NCBI GenBank assembly: GCA_030526485.1
Contig: JAUNCS010000005.1
Coordinates: forward strand, 4,535-68,534
Source of the DNA: Erysipelotrichaceae bacterium
Lineage (GTDB): Bacteria; Bacillota_I; Bacilli_A; Erysipelotrichales; Erysipelotrichaceae
DNA length: 64,000 nt
Direction of reading: 5' to 3'
Part shown: positions 58,845 to 64,000 of the stretch, piece by piece
Layout: each line of letters starts with the position of its first letter
Numbering within the stretch: the stretch's first letter is position 1
Translations under genes and position numbers: made by a program
Notes under the pieces: generated by a model
Databases searched by the model: none
Told to the model about the DNA's origin: nothing
The model's input: only the letters and a program-made list of their open reading frames with translations

Positions 58845-61098
58845 AGAAATTGTACAGACAATAGCCAAGGAACTTAAGGTTAAGGATAGTCAGGTTGAAA
58901 CAGCCTTAAATCTGTTCCAGGAAGGAAATACAGTTCCTTTTATTGCCAGATACCGTAAGGAACAGACTGGCCAGTTAGATGAAGAACAGTTACTGTTTAT
59001 TGAAAAACAATATCAGTATCAGATTAACTTAAAAGAAAGAAAAGAAGCGGTTATTGAACTGATTGAAGTACAGGGCAAACTTACTGATGAAATCAGATTA
59101 GCTATCAATAATGCTACTAAACTTTCTGAAGTAGAAGATTTATATCGTCCTTACAAGCAGAAGAAGAAAACAAGAGCTGCAACAGCTATTAAGAATGGTT
59201 TAGAACCATTCGCAGAAACACTTCTTTCTTTACCGGTTAACTTCAGTATTGAAGAAGAAGCTAATAAGTATCTTAATGAAGAAGTTAAAACAGCTAAGGA
59301 TGCGATTCAGGGTGCTAAGGATATCATTGCTGAAAGAGTATCAGATGACGCTAAGCTTAGATGGAACTTTAAGGATATCATCTACAAGAATGGTTTAATC
59401 GTTACTAAACTTAAAAAAGATGCAGTTGATGAAAAGAAAGTCTATGAAATGTACTATGACTATTCTGAAAAGGTTTCTAATATTGCCAACCACCGTGTAA
59501 TGGCCATTGATAGAGCTGAAAAAGAAAAAGTTATCACTTGTACTTTTGACTACAATAATGATCTTTTATTAGAAGAAGCTTTAAAGACTATCGTTACTAA
59601 GTCTACTGATGTTTATGAAGTATTAAAAGAAGCAGTAGCTGATGGCTTAGACAGATTACTTTTACCTTCAGTTGAAAATGAAATCAGAAGTGAATTAAGT
59701 GAAAAGGCTCATAATCAGTCAATTGAAATCTTCTCACTTAACCTGGAAAAGCTTTTATTACAACCACCTCTAAAGGGTAGAACAGTACTTGGCTTTGACC
59801 CTGGTTTCTACAATGGCTGTAAGCTGGCAGTATTAGATAAGACTGGCAAGATGTTAACAGTTGCCAAGATTTATCCATTCAAGAAGGAAAACTACGATGT
59901 AGAACCTTCTAAAAAGGCTTTATTAAAGCTGATTAAGGATTATGATGTTGAACTTATCGCTATCGGTAATGGTACAGCAAGTAGAGAAAGTGAAAAGCTG
60001 GTTTCTGAATTAATCAGAGAAAATGGCTTAAAAGTTAACTACGCTATCGTATCAGAAGCAGGTGCATCTGTCTGGTCAGCACAAGAAGCAGCCAGAAAAG
60101 AATTCCCTGATTTGCAGGTTGAAGAAAGATCAGCTGTTTCAATTGGTAGAAGACTACTTGATCCACTACCTGAATTAATCAAGATTGATCCTAAGTCAAT
60201 TGGTGTTGGTCAATACCAGCACGACTTGCCACAAAAGCAGCTATCAACAAGACTTGATGAAGCAACTATGAAGGTAGTAAACAGAGTAGGTGCTGACTTA
60301 AATACAGCTTCTATTGAACTGTTAACTCATATTTCTGGTTTAAATGCGGGTATCGCTAAGGAAATCGTTGATTACCGTAATGAAAATGGCCGTTTTACTA
60401 ACAGACAGCAGTTATTAAAGGTTAAGAAGCTTGGTCCTAAGGCATTTACTCAGTGTGCTGGTTTCTTAAGAATTGTTGATGGAGATGAACCACTTGATGC
60501 GACTAGTATCCACCCAGAATCATATAAGGTGGCTAAGGAAATCATGAAGGTTTGTGGTATTGATAAGCTTGGTGATGAAAATATCTCTTTCCCAGAAGAA
60601 CTTATCAGCAAGATTGATGTTGATGAATATACTCTAAAGGATATTGAAGACGCAATCAAGGCTCCACTTAGAGACTATCGTGACCAGTTTGAAGGAGCTA
60701 TCTTAAAGTCTGATGTCTTAGAAATTAAAGACTTAAAGATTGGTCAGGAACTACATGGTACTGTAAGAAATGTAGTAGACTTCGGTGCTTTCGTTGATAT
60801 CGGTCTACATGAAGATGGCTTAGTACATATCTCTAGAATGTCTAGAAACAGAGTAATGCATCCAAGTGACATCGTTTCTGTTAACGATATTGTAAAAGTA
60901 TATGTTTATGAAATTGATGAAGCAAAGGGTAGAGTTCAGTTATCTCTTTTATCACTAGAAGAACTGGCAAAAAGAGACGCTGATATGAAGGAACTTAAGT
61001 CTCGTAAACGTGCTTACAACAAGCCAAAACCAGCAAAGAAAAAAGAACCTAGCATGGATGAAGCAATGGCTGCATTAATTGCTAGATTCGGTAAATAA
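58837..61098 (+). CDS. tex: Tex-like transcription accessory protein (YqgF/HhH/S1 domains)
   Basis: VPFIARYRKE N-terminal motif and C-terminal S1 domain GTVRNVVDFGAFVDIG. 753 aa. Confidence 0.93.
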   Translation: MNKEIVQTIAKELKVKDSQVETALNLFQEGNTVPFIARYRKEQTGQLDEEQLLFIEKQYQYQINLKERKEAVIELIEVQGKLTDEIRLAINNATKLSEVEDLYRPYKQKKKTRAATAIKNGLEPFAETLLSLPVNFSIEEEANKYLNEEVKTAKDAIQGAKDIIAERVSDDAKLRWNFKDIIYKNGLIVTKLKKDAVDEKKVYEMYYDYSEKVSNIANHRVMAIDRAEKEKVITCTFDYNNDLLLEEALKTIVTKSTDVYEVLKEAVADGLDRLLLPSVENEIRSELSEKAHNQSIEIFSLNLEKLLLQPPLKGRTVLGFDPGFYNGCKLAVLDKTGKMLTVAKIYPFKKENYDVEPSKKALLKLIKDYDVELIAIGNGTASRESEKLVSELIRENGLKVNYAIVSEAGASVWSAQEAARKEFPDLQVEERSAVSIGRRLLDPLPELIKIDPKSIGVGQYQHDLPQKQLSTRLDEATMKVVNRVGADLNTASIELLTHISGLNAGIAKEIVDYRNENGRFTNRQQLLKVKKLGPKAFTQCAGFLRIVDGDEPLDATSIHPESYKVAKEIMKVCGIDKLGDENISFPEELISKIDVDEYTLKDIEDAIKAPLRDYRDQFEGAILKSDVLEIKDLKIGQELHGTVRNVVDFGAFVDIGLHEDGLVHISRMSRNRVMHPSDIVSVNDIVKVYVYEIDEAKGRVQLSLLSLEELAKRDADMKELKSRKRAYNKPKPAKKKEPSMDEAMAALIARFGK

Positions 61099-61107
61099 GA
61101 ACTATCT

Positions 61108-61139
61108 AAGGATTGCATAACGCAATCCTTTTTCTTTTT
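61108..61139 (+). terminator. Rho-independent terminator of tex
   Basis: aaggattgc / gcaatcctt stem with loop ataac, then tttcttttt. Confidence 0.85.
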
Positions 61140-61175
61140 AAAAAAACCTGAGTATTTAAACTCAGGCATCTTTTG
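61139..61175. terminator. Second hairpin flanked by A7 and ctttt (strong terminator when read on the minus strand)
   Basis: cctgagt / actcagg stem. The minus-strand reading is followed by TTTTTTT. Confidence 0.5.
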
Positions 61176-61221
61176 CAGATACACTTGCTTAAGGAGATAT
61201 CTGCTTATTAATTCTATCATT

Positions 61222-61253
61222 AAAAAAATGCAGTTTATATAAACTGCATTTTC
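61222..61253 (-). terminator. Rho-independent terminator of the PBP gene
   Basis: atgcagttta / taaactgcat stem. Minus-strand tail is TTTTTTT. Confidence 0.8.
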
Positions 61254-61254
61254 A

Positions 61255-64000
61255 TTAGCTCATTGAGATTGTTGTTGTAGCTGTATCGAAGTCATCTCTT
61301 GCACTTACTGTGATAACTTCATCAGCACCTAGAGCAGAGACATCAATAACAATGCTTGTACCATTGTTTTCAAAGCTTAGGGCACCACTGTTAGATGCGC
61401 TAGCAGACCAGGTAATAGCGCCTGTAGAATTAGCTGCACTGACAGTAACCTTGCCTTCAGTAATTGCGCCAGATGTTAAGGAAATCTTAACGGCAGGGGC
61501 ACTATAGCAGGTGATCTTGAAGTTCATGGCTCTTAGTTCACTTTCCTTATTTCGGTAAGAAGAACCAATAGTATATGGAACATCATTGCAGGTAATTTCA
61601 ATAGTACCAGCAGAATGTGTCGCATCAGCAATCTTTTCAATAATTTCGGCTTGAGCACCGATTTTTCTTAAATAATTAACAATTACATTAGGATCTGAAT
61701 CAACAGGGATAGTATATGTTACTTCTTCATCTATTACCTTTACACTTGTATATTTCTGACTTGATGAAATATCCAGGTTTTCATAAGCGTAGAAGATACA
61801 TACAGTGATTTCATCACCTGGTGAAGCAATTAAGTCATAGGTGTTAGATTCAGTTTCTGAAGTAACGGTATTTACGACATTACCATTAACCTTGATTTCA
61901 GCCTTGTATCTGATTGGGCCATATACCCAAGAGTAATCAAATAGTCGTTTACCTTCACATGGTAGTACAACACTGCCATCAGATCTCTTTAAGGAAATAT
62001 CAATATTTTCTTCAGCTACCTTTAGTTTTTCTTCATCTGGGTACTTAGGCCAGTTAATAGTAAGTTTGGCTGTAGCCTTATCATAAGCGATAGTTGGGTC
62101 ACTTGGAACTGATTCAACACTTGCTGACTTCGGATTAACTAAAGTAGCATATTCCTTTTTGATTAAACCGGTAGCCACATATTTTTCATCCATACCTTCA
62201 ATAGTAGCAGCATATGGATAAGTGCCAAGGATATGAGTGATATTTACAAGTCCATCAGGCTTTGTAAGCTTGTGCGGAGTGCCGTAAGCCTTGACTGTCA
62301 TATCCAGGATTGCATTAGTAGTTTTACCTTGGATGTTGCCCAGGTAGTCGCTTAACTGAATATATGAAGGCTTGTCTTTTTGAGCTCTTTCATAGCCAAT
62401 CCAGGTAGCTACAGTATATTCACTGCTTGAGCCAACCATCCAGGCATCTTTAATAGCACCAACCGGAATACCATAAGATACACCTGAGTTACCCCAGTCA
62501 GTAGTACCAGTCTTGGCATATACCGGGTAATTATCAATTAAGATCTGCATCAGGTTAGCAAAGCCACCAGATACATTGGAATTTAATAGGGTAGTAATCT
62601 GGTAAGCAGCTTCTTCTGAAACTGTCTGTACCGGAGCATAAGTAGGGGTGATAGGGGCCTTGCCATTTAAGAATTCGATTCTTCTGATGGTATGAGGCTT
62701 GATGTAGTTACCGCCATTAATTAGAGCAGCTTGTGCACCAGCCAGCTGTAAACAAGAAATTTCCAGCTTATTACCGCCGATACCGCACTGAACATCAAAG
62801 TCTTCAAGGGCAATATCAATTCCCATCTTATTTAAATAATCAACAACATATTCGGAACCCTTTTTATCAATTACCGCCTGTAAAGTCTGAATAGCAGGGG
62901 TATTCAAGGAATTACCAAGTGCTGTTTTTAAAGTAACTTCGCCATTATAAACTCCTGAAGAGTTAGAGATTACATAATTAGTACCGGGATAAACAATCGG
63001 TTTATCAACTAAGACATGGCTTGTAGACCAGCCTAAATTTTCAAAGGCTAAAACGTAATCTAGAATTGGCTTAATAGATGAACCAGGCTGTTTTTTCTGG
63101 TCTGTCGCATGGTTAAGCAGTAATGAACCACCACCTGCATAATTACGACCACCAAGAATACCAACGATTTCACCAGTCTGGTTATTGATGGCGATTGAAG
63201 CAAATTCAAATTCATCATCAGGGAAGGAGATGCCTTCATAATTACCAGCCTGCATTGCGTCAATATTGGCTTGGATATCCTTATTCATTGCAGTATAAAT
63301 CTTCATACCAGTTGTATAAGGATCTTGACCAGTAAGTTCATATACTTCCGCGATCACTTCATCAAGATAGGCCTGATAAGGTGAACCATTGTGATTAGAA
63401 GTGTTATGTTTCTTGGTTAAGTCAACCAATAAGTCTTCAACCTTGATTGCCTTAGTAAGTTCATATTCGGTATCACTGATATAGCCATGATAGTTCATTA
63501 AATATAGAACTTCATTTCTTCTTTGTGTAGCCAAATCCAGATTGTTGAATGGATTGTAGGCATTAGGAGCATTTACAACACCAGCAAGTAATGCTGATTC
63601 AGCCAGATTTAATTCACTGACATCTTTATCGAAATAGTATTCAGCAGCTTTCTGAACACCGCGGATATTGCGGCTGCCGCCAAAGTTTAATTTGTTTAAA
63701 TATAATTCAAGAATAGCTTTCTTATTGATTTCATTATTCTTTTCCAGTTCCATCGCTAAGGCGATTTCCTGTACTTTTCTCGTTACACCGGAAACACCAT
63801 CTCTACTTGCTTCCTGACCAGTCTGGTCATTTGAGAAGTAAGTATTTTTTACAAGCTGCATTGTGAAGGTTGAACCACCTTGAGCAAATGATCTTGTACG
63901 GATATTTGACAGGATAGCTTTAGTAAAACGTGGTACATCGAAGCCGTTGTGTTCAAAGAAACGTGAGTCTTCAACTGCGACAAAGGCATCAATTAATGAA
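61255..64000 (-). CDS. Class A penicillin-binding protein (GT51 transglycosylase plus transpeptidase) with a long C-terminal extension; the 5' end lies beyond the window
   Basis: The frame stays open to position 64000, and translation upstream of the first Met reads ...EDSRFFEHNGFDVPRFTKAILSNIRTRSFAQGGSTFTMQLVKN (GT51 motifs). Transpeptidase SxxK (PGSSIKP) and KTGT motifs. About 330 aa follow the transpeptidase domain. Confidence 0.93.
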   Translation of the reverse strand, partial: SLIDAFVAVEDSRFFEHNGFDVPRFTKAILSNIRTRSFAQGGSTFTMQLVKNTYFSNDQTGQEASRDGVSGVTRKVQEIALAMELEKNNEINKKAILELYLNKLNFGGSRNIRGVQKAAEYYFDKDVSELNLAESALLAGVVNAPNAYNPFNNLDLATQRRNEVLYLMNYHGYISDTEYELTKAIKVEDLLVDLTKKHNTSNHNGSPYQAYLDEVIAEVYELTGQDPYTTGMKIYTAMNKDIQANIDAMQAGNYEGISFPDDEFEFASIAINNQTGEIVGILGGRNYAGGGSLLLNHATDQKKQPGSSIKPILDYVLAFENLGWSTSHVLVDKPIVYPGTNYVISNSSGVYNGEVTLKTALGNSLNTPAIQTLQAVIDKKGSEYVVDYLNKMGIDIALEDFDVQCGIGGNKLEISCLQLAGAQAALINGGNYIKPHTIRRIEFLNGKAPITPTYAPVQTVSEEAAYQITTLLNSNVSGGFANLMQILIDNYPVYAKTGTTDWGNSGVSYGIPVGAIKDAWMVGSSSEYTVATWIGYERAQKDKPSYIQLSDYLGNIQGKTTNAILDMTVKAYGTPHKLTKPDGLVNITHILGTYPYAATIEGMDEKYVATGLIKKEYATLVNPKSASVESVPSDPTIAYDKATAKLTINWPKYPDEEKLKVAEENIDISLKRSDGSVVLPCEGKRLFDYSWVYGPIRYKAEIKVNGNVVNTVTSETESNTYDLIASPGDEITVCIFYAYENLDISSSQKYTSVKVIDEEVTYTIPVDSDPNVIVNYLRKIGAQAEIIEKIADATHSAGTIEITCNDVPYTIGSSYRNKESELRAMNFKITCYSAPAVKISLTSGAITEGKVTVSAANSTGAITWSASASNSGALSFENNGTSIVIDVSALGADEVITVSARDDFDTATTTISMS

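Overview
AT-rich, very gene-dense chromosomal segment of a low-GC Bacillota-type bacterium. It uses the standard code: TGG encodes Trp, and TGA, TAA and TAG all act as stops. I support about 55 protein genes. I could not recognise any rRNA, tRNA, CRISPR array, transposase or integrase. Most of the window is housekeeping in classic Firmicute gene order: ptsI; rpsT; fmt-lepA-hemW; rpsO; pnp; trmB; polA-mutM-coaE-dnaB(like)-dnaI-pfkA; rnj; def; ftsW/rodA-rsmD-coaD; hrcA-grpE-dnaK-dnaJ-clpB; truB-ribF(N-domain)-rsmF(like); tex; and a class A PBP that runs off the right edge. Five parts look accessory. (i) 0.1-8.1 kb holds a Wzy_C/O-antigen-ligase-like membrane protein, three type IV pilin-like genes (one intact, one with its ATG out of frame across an A6 tract, one with an in-frame TAG), an HD-GYP protein and a Cache/degenerate-GGDEF/EAL protein. 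(ii) 19.1-23.4 kb holds a TetR plus MacB-like ABC cassette sitting between rpsO and pnp. (iii) 39.9-44.3 kb holds an antiterminator-controlled alpha-glucoside-type PTS/GH4 operon with a promoter, cre, RAT and terminator stack. (iv) 52.3-53.9 kb holds a translationally coupled ttcA plus radical-SAM/SPASM-like pair. (v) 57-58.8 kb holds a Y-family polymerase/YolD-like pair. I did not find a clear-cut novel multi-gene system such as a defence island. The best candidates for something undescribed are the pilin/Wzy_C/c-di-GMP locus (possible pilin O-glycosylation in a Gram-positive) and a window-wide pattern. In that pattern an extended -10 box (TGnTAWAAT) sits 6-8 nt upstream of start codons that lack a Shine-Dalgarno sequence, which implies widespread leaderless mRNAs. 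All functional calls come from motif recognition by eye. No database search or computation was run.
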